The notes: generated from the letters alone by a model not told the origin. A DNA stretch of 64,000 nt from an uncultured bacterium (GCA_963819815.1 CAWFXL010000001.1:1312001-1376000), one strand, 5' to 3'; positions 30,535-41,460 are shown, numbered from the stretch's first letter. A program made the numbers and translations.

Positions 30535-31229
30535 GATGTGGCGATTGCTTTGATTGCTTGAGCTATGAGTGGAACGAGAAGTTTACCTTGATTTTTGTGC
30601 TGTATGCCGATCTCGATGCCCAGTGCTGGTGCCATGATACCCACGAGTGGTTTATAAGGAATTGCCATCGGGGATATGCATTGTATATGATATGTTTTTG
30701 AGGATTCACTGCAGTGCGCATAGGCTAGAGCACCATATTGTTTCGTTTGTGCAAGTGAAAGCTTATACGCTTGGTCATAGGGAAGAAGTTCAAGGCCAGG
30801 ACCTTTCTTTACCGCAAAATCGGTTGCAGGATCATAGAGGAGGGTATACCAGTAAAGGCTAGGAGTCTCTGTAGTCTGTTGAAAAAAGTTAAGACTTATA
30901 TAGAGGTTGACCCCCAGGCGATTTGCAAAAGTGATATTTTGAAAGGGCTCAACCGCTTCTCCAGCAAACCGCGTGAGTATAACCCGACATCTGTGAGGTT
31001 CGGTTTCTAAGAGCTGCTTCAGCTCTTCAGCGCATTGCATGGTAAGTGACCGTTCATAGGTGTCATCAATCACTCTTCCTGGATTGCGGGTATCTCCTGC
31101 AGGATCGATCATGACAGTAAAAGGGGGCTTTTCAGGCACTAAGTGAGGACGAAGTGTCTCTGAAAAGAACGACCAGGGGAGCACCTCAAGGAAGATTGTG
31201 CAAGCTATGAGGAGGAAGGATTTTGTCAT
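30531..31229 (-). CDS. N-acetylmuramoyl-L-alanine amidase (Amidase_3) homologue with degenerate active site
   Basis: VMIDPAGD..NPG, ER, VILTR, ANRLGVNLYISL, PALGIEIG. Both canonical His ligands are absent. Confidence 0.75.
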   Translation of the reverse strand: MTKSFLLIACTIFLEVLPWSFFSETLRPHLVPEKPPFTVMIDPAGDTRNPGRVIDDTYERSLTMQCAEELKQLLETEPHRCRVILTRFAGEAVEPFQNITFANRLGVNLYISLNFFQQTTETPSLYWYTLLYDPATDFAVKKGPGLELLPYDQAYKLSLAQTKQYGALAYAHCSESSKTYHIQCISPMAIPYKPLVGIMAPALGIEIGIQHKNQGKLLVPLIAQAIKAIATS

Positions 31230-31378
31230 GATTTCTAAGTATGATGATTCCAATAGTACCAATATTAGCATACGTTTCGTACGTTGAAAGGTCAAGAAGC
31301 AAAGAATCTTTGAAGCTTTTCAGATTGCCCAAGAGGGTATGAGTGAGTACACTAGGAGTACTACACCAAAGGAGCTCG

Positions 31379-32164
31379 ATGAATAGAATTCGATTATTTC
31401 TTGTATCATGTCTTATGTTTATGGGGTCTCACACGTATTCGATGTATAAGGATCCCGAATTCCCGGTTGTTGTTGAGAATACTCTGACAAGAAAGATTCT
31501 AGTATCTTGGGTACTACCTTCAGGAAAGAAATACACGAAAGTTATTGTTCCGACTAAGAAAGGTGAGATAACGACCTTCGAGCGATTGGGTGTCGATGCT
31601 CAAGTACGTTTTGAAGTGTATGGTACCTTCCTGGGCTGGACGGCAACTCCCATCGAGGTAGATAAGGCTGAACTCTTAAAGCAGGCCTATAAAGCTGGCA
31701 TAGGAGATGATGAGGCATTGTGCATAACCGTTTCTCAGTCGACGCTGTTTTTGAGGGTTGTCTTTTCAAATATCCCCTGGAAAAAAAATGGGCTCGAACC
31801 AAACTCGCTACTTAAGTATTTTCCCGTTTTTGATTCCTACCCTGAATTGAGAAAAATTCTCTCAGAAGAAAAGATACTTGGCTTTGTCTCGTATAAGGCT
31901 TGTCTGTATTCTCAAGATGATGGAACACTCATGGCGACGGCAGAAGATATCTATAGATACATACTTTCAGTTGAACATGACTATGATCAAACTGCACTAA
32001 AGAATGCGCTATCATTAGTAAAAGAACGTTGGCAAAAGGATGTACGAAGTTCAGACAAGAAGAAAAAACAGCGAGCACAACGAATCGTAGCACTTGCTCA
32101 AAAGGCTTTTAAAGGATTAGATCAAGCGCTCTATGAAAGAAAACAGGATGGACCTAGACCTTAA
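31379..32164 (+). CDS. Exported hypothetical protein with C-terminal J-domain-like helices (no HPD)
   Basis: RBS AAAGGAG, signal peptide, YRYILSV...ALKNALSLVKERWQKD...AQKAFKGL. Confidence 0.55.
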   Translation: MNRIRLFLVSCLMFMGSHTYSMYKDPEFPVVVENTLTRKILVSWVLPSGKKYTKVIVPTKKGEITTFERLGVDAQVRFEVYGTFLGWTATPIEVDKAELLKQAYKAGIGDDEALCITVSQSTLFLRVVFSNIPWKKNGLEPNSLLKYFPVFDSYPELRKILSEEKILGFVSYKACLYSQDDGTLMATAEDIYRYILSVEHDYDQTALKNALSLVKERWQKDVRSSDKKKKQRAQRIVALAQKAFKGLDQALYERKQDGPRP

Positions 32165-32361
32165 AGAGCATTATTCGGACTGTCGAACAGTTACAATGAA
32201 ACATGAAACGTTATCTTTTCTTTATCTAGATTCTGAGTTCATTTTATTGCAGCAAAAAACAGACGCCTTTTCCAACGTAGCAAAGCTGATTGCACTATGA
32301 GATTTTTTTAAATATAGTATAACATGTGAATATGATCAAAAAACCTATTCGAAAGCACCAC

Positions 32362-33597
32362 ATGAAAAGACTAGCACTTGCTCTGTTGAGTAGCACAATA
32401 TTCTCCCAATGCATATTTTCAATGATGGATGTGTTACAGCAACCCTCACTTATAGAAACACGCAAACCACTCACCTTGCAACTCATAGAAGAAGTTAAAA
32501 GGGGAAATCGCGCCGCTGCAAGGGCACTCGTCAAAAGCGGTGCACTTATAGGTGACGATGATAAGTTGCCAAACGGTCGTTACTCAGGTTGTAACTCATT
32601 TGAATGGGCAGCTATTCGGGGTGACGAAGGCTGTATGAATGATCTGCTAGATGAGCTTGGAAATAATACCCCTCCAAAAAATCCTTTGACTAAAGAATGG
32701 ATGATTATGCATCCAGATAGCAAGTATAGAATATTGAATGAAGAAATTAAGAAATATCGCCAGTTAATTGTCCCCTTTATGAGTCGTCGGAGCTTTGAAA
32801 GTACTTTTGAAGAAGAGAAGCGACTCGAGAGAATAAGGGGATTTCTTACTAGTCATAGCGACTTTCAAGGTGCACCGAATATAAAACGTTTTATGAGAAG
32901 AGTTTTACACAAAGCCGCAGTTCAGCTCATACGAGATAGACTCTTTGCCTACGCGCAAACTCTTGGAAATCAAGAACTTGCGGAAGCTCTTTTAGCTACT
33001 GGGCAAATCTATACGAAACCCCTAGAAAGCAGCAGGCCAGATTCACAAGATTTAGTGACGTTGCTCATTTCAGCAATCGGGAGACGAGATCATCAACTCA
33101 TGAAAGCCTTAATTGCTTTTGGAGTTGAGGTAAATAAGGTAATGCCAAACAGGTGGACTGTTTTTGGTGAGAAGTGGAGTCCTTTGGAAAGTGCTGCTTA
33201 CTCGGGTGATTCAATCGCCTTAAAGATACTGATCGATGCAGGCGTTAACATTGAACGCATAGGTAGTTTCGTTGGTGGAACAGCTCTTCATCTTGCCGCC
33301 GCATATCCTGCAGCTCTGCAAGTTCTTTTTGAGGCCGGTGCAGTAGCTAAACGTGAACTGAAGGGTAATAATTTTCGTCCTATTGACTACTGCCGTAATA
33401 AGGAAGCCTATTTTGAAGCACTTGTTCGGTCAAGTGTAAAAAGATATACGGGCGAAATTAGGCCGGATCAGATGGTGAACTATTTACTCGAAGAGGCAAG
33501 AAAGGAAGCTTCCCTTGAAGAGTGTTATGCAGAACTATTTCCTCATTCTCAGGCATTTGAAGAGCGATACAGAAAAATACTTGTTTCCACTCTCTAG
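32362..33597 (+). CDS. Exported ankyrin-repeat protein
   Basis: SPLESAAYSGD, GTALHLAA, LIDAGVNI, signal peptide. Confidence 0.85.
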   Translation: MKRLALALLSSTIFSQCIFSMMDVLQQPSLIETRKPLTLQLIEEVKRGNRAAARALVKSGALIGDDDKLPNGRYSGCNSFEWAAIRGDEGCMNDLLDELGNNTPPKNPLTKEWMIMHPDSKYRILNEEIKKYRQLIVPFMSRRSFESTFEEEKRLERIRGFLTSHSDFQGAPNIKRFMRRVLHKAAVQLIRDRLFAYAQTLGNQELAEALLATGQIYTKPLESSRPDSQDLVTLLISAIGRRDHQLMKALIAFGVEVNKVMPNRWTVFGEKWSPLESAAYSGDSIALKILIDAGVNIERIGSFVGGTALHLAAAYPAALQVLFEAGAVAKRELKGNNFRPIDYCRNKEAYFEALVRSSVKRYTGEIRPDQMVNYLLEEARKEASLEECYAELFPHSQAFEERYRKILVSTL

Positions 33598-33814
33598 AAG
33601 TAATTTCGGAATGCTGTAGGTTTGTAATGGCATTCTCTAAGTACCTGGACGCTCCATTTGAAAGATTGGTGGCAGCTTGTGATCGATTCTCCGGTCTAAT
33701 CAATTAAGAGGAAGTCTGATAGTTTCCGTTTGAGGTCTTTTTGATTGGTATACGCGTATACCTAATTTTCTTTCTACCAATGCCAATGAAGTAAATCGCG
33801 ACCAGTTGGTAAAT

Positions 33815-33843
33815 TTGACAAAATGTCATTATTGTTGTATGAT
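33815..33843 (+). promoter_or_regulatory. sigma70 promoter with overlapping palindrome
   Basis: TTGACA, 17 bp spacer, TATGAT. The TGACAaaaTGTCA palindrome overlaps the -35 box. Confidence 0.6.
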
Positions 33844-33892
33844 TTTGATATAAATATTGACAGAATGGCAATTGGTCGAAAGAAGAAATAAC

Positions 33893-35447
33893 ATGAAAAG
33901 ATTGCTTTTTGCTCTCCTGAGCTGCACAACACTCTCCCAGTACGTATTTTCAATGGAGACTACGCTACATCAACAGTCAATGGTCGATGCGAACAGACAT
34001 CTCACCCTTCAACTCATTGAAGAAGTAAAAAGGGGAAATCGCCCGGCAGCAATGGATCTCATTAGAAGAGGTGCCTTCATTGGTGATGATGATAGGCTGG
34101 CTAATAGCGGTTTCGGAGGTATCAACGTATTTGAATGGGCAGCTATTAGGGGCGATGAGGGTTGTATGAATGACCTTCTAGATGAGCTTGAAAATAATAC
34201 ACCTCCCAAAAATCCTTTAACTACTGAACGTTGCTCTATACATCCAGATTCGAATTATAGAATATTAAATGAAGAAATTAAGAAACATCGCGATAAGGTT
34301 ATTCCCTTATTGAGGCGTCAGACTCTTGAAAGTGCTGTTGAAGAAGAAAGGCGACTAGAAAGAATTAAAAAGTTCATTGATGGTTATGTTGGGATGACTT
34401 TGAAGGAGCACCGAATATAAAAGGGGTTCTGTCGAGAGTTTTAGATCAAGCTGAAATTCAACTGATAAAAGATAAGACCTTTGCTTACGCTCAAGCTAAC
34501 GGACACCAAGAACTGGCAGCAGCTCTTTTAGCCACGGGACAAGTCTATGCAAGACCTTTAGAAACCGGTAGGCCGTATTCGGCGGACTTCCGCGCGTGTA
34601 CTCATTTCAACAGTCGAAAGACAAGATTACCGACTCATGAGAGCATTGATAGCATGTGGAGTTGACGTAAATGCGGCACATCCCAAATATCGGGTTACTG
34701 CTTTAGAGCATGCACTATATCGTGATGACCAAACTGCCGTTAGAATACTGCTTGATGCCGGCGCCAGAACTGATCACGCAGATATGCAGTCAAGGGAAAT
34801 TAGCCCTGCATATTGCTTGTTCCCATGGAAAATCTTGTATTCCGATGCTCTTAGAAGCGGGTGCTCCAATTCAATGTGAATCTAGGGGCCATCGTCGCCT
34901 GCCAACTGATTATCTCAATGATGAAGGAAAAAAACTTTTTATTGAGTCGCTTGTTCGAACAAGTATGAAAAGATATGCACCGACACGACATGAGGCTAAG
35001 CGTGCGCTCGTAAACCTGTGGTCTAGGATCGAACTGCTCAACAAAATTGTTGCAATGCCTCCCTATGTTCTTCTTGAAATTCTCTCCTACCCTGGAGTAT
35101 CTGATAAAGATTTACGGACCCTTTCTTTGTACGAATTAGCGCACTCTTCTGACGAGATTGAGGCTCTACCCCATACGATGCCAAAGAGGTACGCGTGGGA
35201 GGCACATGAAATAAGCCGGATGTTTAACGTGTATTTTATGCCTTTCTTGGGAGAAACAAGACCTCATGCGATTAACTATCTTCTTGAACGGGCGAAAAAA
35301 GAACCTTTTGTTGAGGAGCATCATAAGGTACTCTTGCCAAATGCGGGCTCATTTGAGGAGTATTATAATGGTCCCCTTAAGTTAGCTCTGAGGAAATTGC
35401 GCTCGGAAGGCTCGACGTCAAGCTCTGCTACAAGCTCAGATAATTAA
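33893..35447 (+). pseudogene. Tandem paralogue of the upstream ankyrin protein, split into fragments by frameshifts (real or assembly error); contains an F-box-like insert
   Basis: FEWAAIRGDEGCMNDLLDEL.NNTPPKNPLT is near-identical to the paralogue. Homology continues across frames at about 34400, 34590 and 34790. Confidence 0.75.
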
Positions 35448-35532
35448 TTCTAAAACAAGTATGAATGATTAGTTACTGAACACTAGACACTCACTATCTG
35501 CAGCAATTTCAAATTCAATATGCGAAGTCTTT

Positions 35533-35566
35533 TCCCACCTATGATGCACCAATATCATAGGTGGGA
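35533..35566. terminator. Bidirectional terminator-like hairpin
   Basis: tcccacctatgat...atcataggtggga between convergent genes. Confidence 0.65.
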
Positions 35567-35671
35567 CTTTAATCATTCGAAACCTAAAAAACCAGCTGCT
35601 CATTACAGGATTTACTCAGACGGTATGAAGAATCTTCAAGAAATGGTTGCTTTTGAAGATGCTAAGGATTC

Positions 35672-37861
35672 TTAGCTTAACTCACCTGTTAAAAACTTCT
35701 TCAAGAAGGTGAGACGCGTGTTCCCTTTAGCGTTGCGCAGTGCAATGGCAAGGGCTTTGGGTTGTCCCACAAAGTAGCAGACTTTTTTTGCTCGGGTGAG
35801 AGCGGTATATACTAAGTTGCGTTGAAGCAACATAAAGTGTTGCATGAAGAGGGGGATGATGACCGCAGAATACTCAGATCCTTGGCTTTTGTGGATAGAA
35901 ATCGCATAGGCAAGTACCAACTCGTTGAGCTCGGTAAATTCATATGCAACAATTTTTTTCTCACTAAAGGTTACATGGATCTCTTTATCTTCGGTGTTGA
36001 CGTGTGTAATAATCCCAATGTCACCATTGAAGACATTCTTATCATAGTTGTTGCGAATTTGCATGACCTTATCATTTTTCTTAAAGGTTGTTCCTGAAAA
36101 GGAGACCTTTTCATGCGTAGTATCAGGATTAAGCATTGCTTGAAGCATATGATTGAGTGAGACGGTGCCTACAATGCCTCGATTCATGGGAGTTAAGATG
36201 ATCGTATCATCAAGAGAGATTCCCGTTTTTTTAAGACTCCCAAAGAGAATCTGTTTTAAGTGGTTTTCTATCTGTTCTGGTTGAGGTTCTTTGATAAAAA
36301 AGAAGTCTTTCCGTGCATCGGGAAGGAAGGTTGCGGGAAATTCACCCCGGTTGATTCTATGGGCATTAACTATAATAAGACTATTTTGTGCTTGCCTAAA
36401 AATATGCGTAAGCCGTACACAGGGTACTTTGTTGCTTTCTATAAGGTCCGTAAGAAAGGCTCCAGCACCAACTGATGGTAGCTGATCAATATCCCCAATA
36501 AAGACAACATGTGCAGTTGCAGGAACCGCTTTTAAAATTGCATTGGCAAGAAAAATATCGATCATCGAAGATTCATCAATAATCAAAAAGTCGAGCTTCA
36601 ATGCATGAGTCTCGTTATAGGTAAACCCCATAGTACGCGGATCGAACTCTAAGAGGCGATGAACCGTCATAGCAAACTTGCCGGTACCTTCGATGATTCG
36701 TTTTGCAGCACGACCTGTAGGAGCAGCAAGTTTATAGGATTTATGCTCTTCATCAAGCAGTGAAAGCAGCTTTTTAATAAGCGTTGTTTTACCTGTGCCC
36801 GGTCCACCTGTGATGATGGTTACTTTGTTCTGCAAACAACTGAGAATACCTCGTTGTTGGTCTTCATTGAGCTCGATTTCTCCCGTCGTAGGAGTTCTCA
36901 GCTTCTGGTAAATCGCATCGATATTAAAGGTATGTGCCGAAGGTCGATCGAGAAGTGTGGTAACTTTAGCTGCAACCCCTTTTTCAGAATAATAAAAACT
37001 GCTCAGTGTTATGTAATGGACCTCTGCTCCCTTGACCGTATCGGTTACGAGGACAATTTTATTTTTATTGTAGAGGGTATGAAGAGCTTGCTTCAGCAGA
37101 TGCTCGTGAGATTGAGTTAGCTCAAGGATTTCAAGGGTCTTAGCCTTAAGATCAGTAAGCTCCACATAGAGATGTCCTTGGCCAGTTGCCGTGCTAATGG
37201 TGTACAGGATTCCTGCTGCAATACGCTGTGGTGCATGTGCTTCAAAGCCGATCTTCTTTGCTATATCATCTGCCGTTTTAAATCCGACACCCCATATTTC
37301 ATCGGCAACACGGTAGGGATTTTCAATAAGAACTGCCATAGATTCATGGCGATATTTTTTATAAATGCGTGCTGCAAGGCCGGGAGTGATATCCTTTTCT
37401 TGCAAAAAGACCATAAGGTTTGCGATCTCTTTTTGATCTTTCCAAGCGGTGCTTATTTGCTCTATGCGTTTAGTACTTATGCCTGGCACTTCTTCAAGGC
37501 GATGAGGCTCTTCGTCAATGACCGTGAGGACCGCTAAGCCAAAATGATTTACGAGCTTTTCTGCATATGTAGGCCCAATACCCTTGATGAGTCCAGATCC
37601 GAGATACTTTTTAAGCCCGAGAATCGAATTTGGAGTAATCTGGGTGCACTGTGAAGCCTCGAACTGTTTGCCAAATTTTTGATGAAATACCCAACTTCCC
37701 TTGAGTTGTACTTCTTGACCAGCTTGGGCATGCGGAACATAGCCTTTTACAGTTATTGGATCTTTACCCAAAGCTTTGATGACGAAGACGGCAAATCCAT
37801 TTTCATCACTTTGGAAAAGGAATCGTTCAATAGTTCCTGATATGAGCTCCTGCTCTTGCAT
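35672..37861 (-). CDS. recD2: ATP-dependent RecD-like DNA helicase (RecD2)
   Basis: YLGSGLIKGIGP HhH, GGPGTGKTT, APTGRAA, IDESSM, GDIDQLPSVG, FRQA, YAISIHKSQGSE. Confidence 0.96.
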   Translation of the reverse strand: MQEQELISGTIERFLFQSDENGFAVFVIKALGKDPITVKGYVPHAQAGQEVQLKGSWVFHQKFGKQFEASQCTQITPNSILGLKKYLGSGLIKGIGPTYAEKLVNHFGLAVLTVIDEEPHRLEEVPGISTKRIEQISTAWKDQKEIANLMVFLQEKDITPGLAARIYKKYRHESMAVLIENPYRVADEIWGVGFKTADDIAKKIGFEAHAPQRIAAGILYTISTATGQGHLYVELTDLKAKTLEILELTQSHEHLLKQALHTLYNKNKIVLVTDTVKGAEVHYITLSSFYYSEKGVAAKVTTLLDRPSAHTFNIDAIYQKLRTPTTGEIELNEDQQRGILSCLQNKVTIITGGPGTGKTTLIKKLLSLLDEEHKSYKLAAPTGRAAKRIIEGTGKFAMTVHRLLEFDPRTMGFTYNETHALKLDFLIIDESSMIDIFLANAILKAVPATAHVVFIGDIDQLPSVGAGAFLTDLIESNKVPCVRLTHIFRQAQNSLIIVNAHRINRGEFPATFLPDARKDFFFIKEPQPEQIENHLKQILFGSLKKTGISLDDTIILTPMNRGIVGTVSLNHMLQAMLNPDTTHEKVSFSGTTFKKNDKVMQIRNNYDKNVFNGDIGIITHVNTEDKEIHVTFSEKKIVAYEFTELNELVLAYAISIHKSQGSEYSAVIIPLFMQHFMLLQRNLVYTALTRAKKVCYFVGQPKALAIALRNAKGNTRLTFLKKFLTGELS

Positions 37862-37864
37862 AGG

Positions 37865-38533
37865 CTAAGCGCCTTTTTTCTGGGAGGAATATGCTTCTTT
37901 AGCCTGGGCATAAGCTTTTGGACAACTTACGATAAGTGCAGCAAGAAAGTTTTGAAGATCGGTGGTAAACACGTAGAACACCGAGAAGCTGGTCACATCG
38001 TGGTCATATGTTTCAGTTTCATTCCCTTTATCATCCCATTTAAGAAGAAGACAATCGGGACGATTGTTCTTTCGGCAATATTCTTGAAGCAGCTTAATCA
38101 TGAACTGATGGGCTCCTCGAGCATCAGCGAGCATGATGTTATTGACATGTCCAAAGTATTTTTTAACTTGGAGAAAGAGCTCTTTAAACTCCTCTTTTTC
38201 TGAAGCAGTAAACGAGGATTGCTTAGCTTCATAAGCAATGAGTGACTTGATAGTCTGCTTTTCGCCCTTGAACATGATGTCAACAGATTTTCCTTCACGG
38301 GGGTCTGGATCGCCATTTTCATTGAGCCTGATTTTTCCCTCATGAATATTCTTAATCTCTTTGATTAACCAGAGGGTACTTTGCACTTTTGTTTTATCAA
38401 AAACTCCGGCCTTGCCATCAATTATTTTTAAAATGGGATCGGTAAGGGGTGGTTGCTTTGGAGCAGTTGCTTCTACGCACAAGAATGCCATGCAAAGGAT
38501 AAGATTCAAAGTAAGGTGACGTGTACCATTCAT
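37865..38533 (-). CDS. Exported hypothetical protein
   Basis: Signal peptide ...LCVEA, tightly linked to recD2 and the barrel gene. Confidence 0.7.
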   Translation of the reverse strand: MNGTRHLTLNLILCMAFLCVEATAPKQPPLTDPILKIIDGKAGVFDKTKVQSTLWLIKEIKNIHEGKIRLNENGDPDPREGKSVDIMFKGEKQTIKSLIAYEAKQSSFTASEKEEFKELFLQVKKYFGHVNNIMLADARGAHQFMIKLLQEYCRKNNRPDCLLLKWDDKGNETETYDHDVTSFSVFYVFTTDLQNFLAALIVSCPKAYAQAKEAYSSQKKGA

Positions 38534-38557
38534 AAAAGTCCTTTTATGGTTGATTAT

Positions 38558-40213
38558 TCAAAATTCTAGGCCGACTCGTAGTCCAACGGTATAGGTTTGT
38601 CCTATGCCTTTATTAAAGACTGTGGCATCCATGTTTGCACATACATACCAATCTGTTATACATCCACTCCTTACTATACTATCATAATAGCCTACAGAAG
38701 CAAAGACTTTACCCTGATGAGCAGCTGGACGTGCTGCTTTGTCTCTAACGAGATGTAAGTGGAAAGGCACGATAGGAAGAAGTGGTTGTATATAATCATG
38801 ACCTTGGATCCAGTAGTCAAAGCCTCCAGAGAGGTCCCAGTGCTCAGACTTGTACAAGAGTTGGTAGTTCATTTGAAAGCGAACTCCTGGAGTTACCGTG
38901 GTTCTTATTCCTACAGGGAATAATGTTTCTACGATGAGCTGATTAAGCAATGCAAGGTTTTCTCCAGCAAGGGCTGGATCGCGCCAGTTTCTGTCAAAAT
39001 CACTCTCTGTTTTTTTAATTAGAAAAAAGCGATTTTCACGGTGTGGGATATATACTTGGATAGAAGTGTAGCCATGCATACTCAGGTAATCATTTACCTG
39101 ATAGCGCCAATCGATTTCAGGACCCAGGCCAAAATGCTTTCCGTTACCCATGGGTGAATTGATTAATATTGTTGATAACCGATCAAGTACATCTATAGCA
39201 AATTCCGTGCTTTCTTTTTTAATAACGGCGTTATTCAGTTCAGGAATAGCATTATTGCAAAAGAAGACGTTAAAGAAATGTTGTAGGTTTAATGGAGGGA
39301 TAGGCATATCGGGCGAAAATTCGCCCCCGATTAATCCGCGCTTGAATGCTTTTGCCGTAGGAATCGTAACTTGAAGACCGAACCAGAGGTTCTGACATTC
39401 TTGCTTCACGGGATGTGCAAGAAGGCTCAGTCGGGCATCGCCCGTCCCAAATTTATCACAGACCAGATGCTTTAACCCAAAGCGCATGACTTCATCACTT
39501 TGAGACGTACCAAGTTCTCCCGAGGCTCCCGTGCTAAAAAACGGATTCTTTTGAATGTTCTCAATCTCTTGGTCGGTTAAATAGAAGTGCTCAAGGAGAT
39601 AATAAAGGGGTATGCGCCCACAGATTGTCCAATTATCCCAATGGCGTGCAAATCCGAACATAAAGCCGGCTCGGTACTGACGAAACTTTGTTGTACTAAA
39701 GAGCCCCAATATGTCAGGAACATTTTCTACACTCGTAAACTCAATATTCTCGATCTCATTAATAATATTTTCATTGTTGAGATCGAGATATGAGCGTAAA
39801 AAAGGGCTGTCTTTAGTCAAGTATACTTTAGGGGTATAGTTAAAAAATAGTTCAGTTGTAAAGGTCCAATAATTATTATAAAAATAATCAGGGGTCAACG
39901 AAGGTAGATCGAGAAGACTTCGAATTGTCACGGGCCCCGTCGTTTTCCTATAAATGTCTTCACGAAGGATAGCGACGAGATTAATCATGGGAGGGCTTTC
40001 CTCAGGACTGCTTGGCGGAGTCAAAAAGCTCAAAATCACTTCGGTGGGGAAACAACCAGGAGCTCGTACAGGAGGGACAGGAGCTTGCAGCTCTATGAGA
40101 GTATCATCAAGAAGCGCAGCTATATCAGGATCAAGCTCTTCGCACTGCAGATGAAAAGAACTCACCCCTGAAATTCCCAAAGCAACAGATAGATAGAAAA
40201 TTGTTTTCTTCAT
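38558..40213 (-). CDS. Putative outer-membrane beta-barrel protein (paralogue of 2289..3995)
   Basis: Signal peptide, FGTGD, IPTAK, GNGKHFGLG, terminal VGLRVGLEF. Confidence 0.65.
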   Translation of the reverse strand: MKKTIFYLSVALGISGVSSFHLQCEELDPDIAALLDDTLIELQAPVPPVRAPGCFPTEVILSFLTPPSSPEESPPMINLVAILREDIYRKTTGPVTIRSLLDLPSLTPDYFYNNYWTFTTELFFNYTPKVYLTKDSPFLRSYLDLNNENIINEIENIEFTSVENVPDILGLFSTTKFRQYRAGFMFGFARHWDNWTICGRIPLYYLLEHFYLTDQEIENIQKNPFFSTGASGELGTSQSDEVMRFGLKHLVCDKFGTGDARLSLLAHPVKQECQNLWFGLQVTIPTAKAFKRGLIGGEFSPDMPIPPLNLQHFFNVFFCNNAIPELNNAVIKKESTEFAIDVLDRLSTILINSPMGNGKHFGLGPEIDWRYQVNDYLSMHGYTSIQVYIPHRENRFFLIKKTESDFDRNWRDPALAGENLALLNQLIVETLFPVGIRTTVTPGVRFQMNYQLLYKSEHWDLSGGFDYWIQGHDYIQPLLPIVPFHLHLVRDKAARPAAHQGKVFASVGYYDSIVRSGCITDWYVCANMDATVFNKGIGQTYTVGLRVGLEF

Positions 40214-40443
40214 GCATTTTTTGTTTTTTTACAGATGCTTTTCGACAGTATCAGCAACTCTGTTTTCGCTATTTTCCTACTGATTTTTTTAGTCTAGACT
40301 AGAGTGTAGCATCTTTTTTCTATGAGAGCGAGATGGGGCAAAAATGTTGCTCACACACGTAAGTGCCATACGTTCTCATACGTACGCTGAAGAAAGTGTT
40401 ACAGAAATATATGAGGGATTTTGTTCTAGATAAGGGAGGTATT

Positions 40444-41169
40444 ATGCTCACACAAAAAAATCAACCACCCTATTTTTGCGTTGAAGGTGGCATTGGAGCT
40501 GGTAAATCGACGTTCTTGAAGGTAATTAATACCTTTTTAAACGCTCAGGTTATTTACGAGCCACATGCAAAATGGCAAAATGTGGGAGGAGAAAATATTT
40601 TAGAGCGCTTTTATAATGACACGCCCCGGTGGGCATACACATTCCAAACTTATGCGTTTGTTACTCGGGTAATGGAACTTGAAAAAGCTGCGCTTACCAA
40701 TATGCAGCCATTCCAAATCTCTGAGCGATCAGTTTTTTCCGATAGGTATTGTTTTGCGAAAAATTGTTACGAACTTGGTACCATAAATGCTCTTGAATGG
40801 AAGCTCTACCAGGAGTGGTTTGAATGGCTCGTTGGTACCTATGTACCAAAGCCGAGTGGCTTCATTTATTTGCAAACTGATCCGATAGTCTGCTATAAGC
40901 GTATACTCAAGCGTAATAGACAGGAAGAGACGAGTGTTACTCTTGAATATCTGCAGCTCTTACATGAAAAACATGAAAAGTGGCTCATCCACAAAGAAGA
41001 GGTTGCACCTTATTTGAAAAATGTTCCTGTGCTTGTGATTCCCTGCGATGAAGACTTTGAACATAATAGAGCGATACAAAAAGCTCATATGGCAAAGATT
41101 ATTGATTTCCTTGAAGTTCAATATGAGATTCCTGGTTCATTGAGCGCTCGCGTTGAGATGCTCGTGTGA
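40444..41169 (+). CDS. Deoxynucleoside kinase
   Basis: VEGGIGAGKST, YEP...W, RWAYTFQ, ERSVFSD, RILKRNR.EE. Confidence 0.93.
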   Translation: MLTQKNQPPYFCVEGGIGAGKSTFLKVINTFLNAQVIYEPHAKWQNVGGENILERFYNDTPRWAYTFQTYAFVTRVMELEKAALTNMQPFQISERSVFSDRYCFAKNCYELGTINALEWKLYQEWFEWLVGTYVPKPSGFIYLQTDPIVCYKRILKRNRQEETSVTLEYLQLLHEKHEKWLIHKEEVAPYLKNVPVLVIPCDEDFEHNRAIQKAHMAKIIDFLEVQYEIPGSLSARVEMLV

Positions 41170-41186
41170 TCTTTTTTAGCATGAAG

Positions 41187-41234
41187 AAATCCCGGTTTCG
41201 TGATTTGAATTCTATCACGGAATCGGGATTTTTT
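41187..41234 (+). terminator. Intrinsic terminator
   Basis: aaatcccggtttcgtgat...atcacggaatcgggattttt. Confidence 0.7.
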
Positions 41235-41460
41235 ACTGTTCATCAGATATGGGTATTTTCACTAAGGATACCCCTTTTTGTGAAGAAGGCCTTGCAAAAG
41301 GGGCTTGCTTTGAGCTATGATACTCTGGATATGACTTTAATAAGTGGTTGGATGAGCATCCATAAAATCTCTGCAAAGAGATGGATTTGAATACAGAGAG
41401 TGTGGCATTGAGGTAAAGAAGAATCGTCCTCTAAAACGTAACCTCTTAAGGAGAACCATC

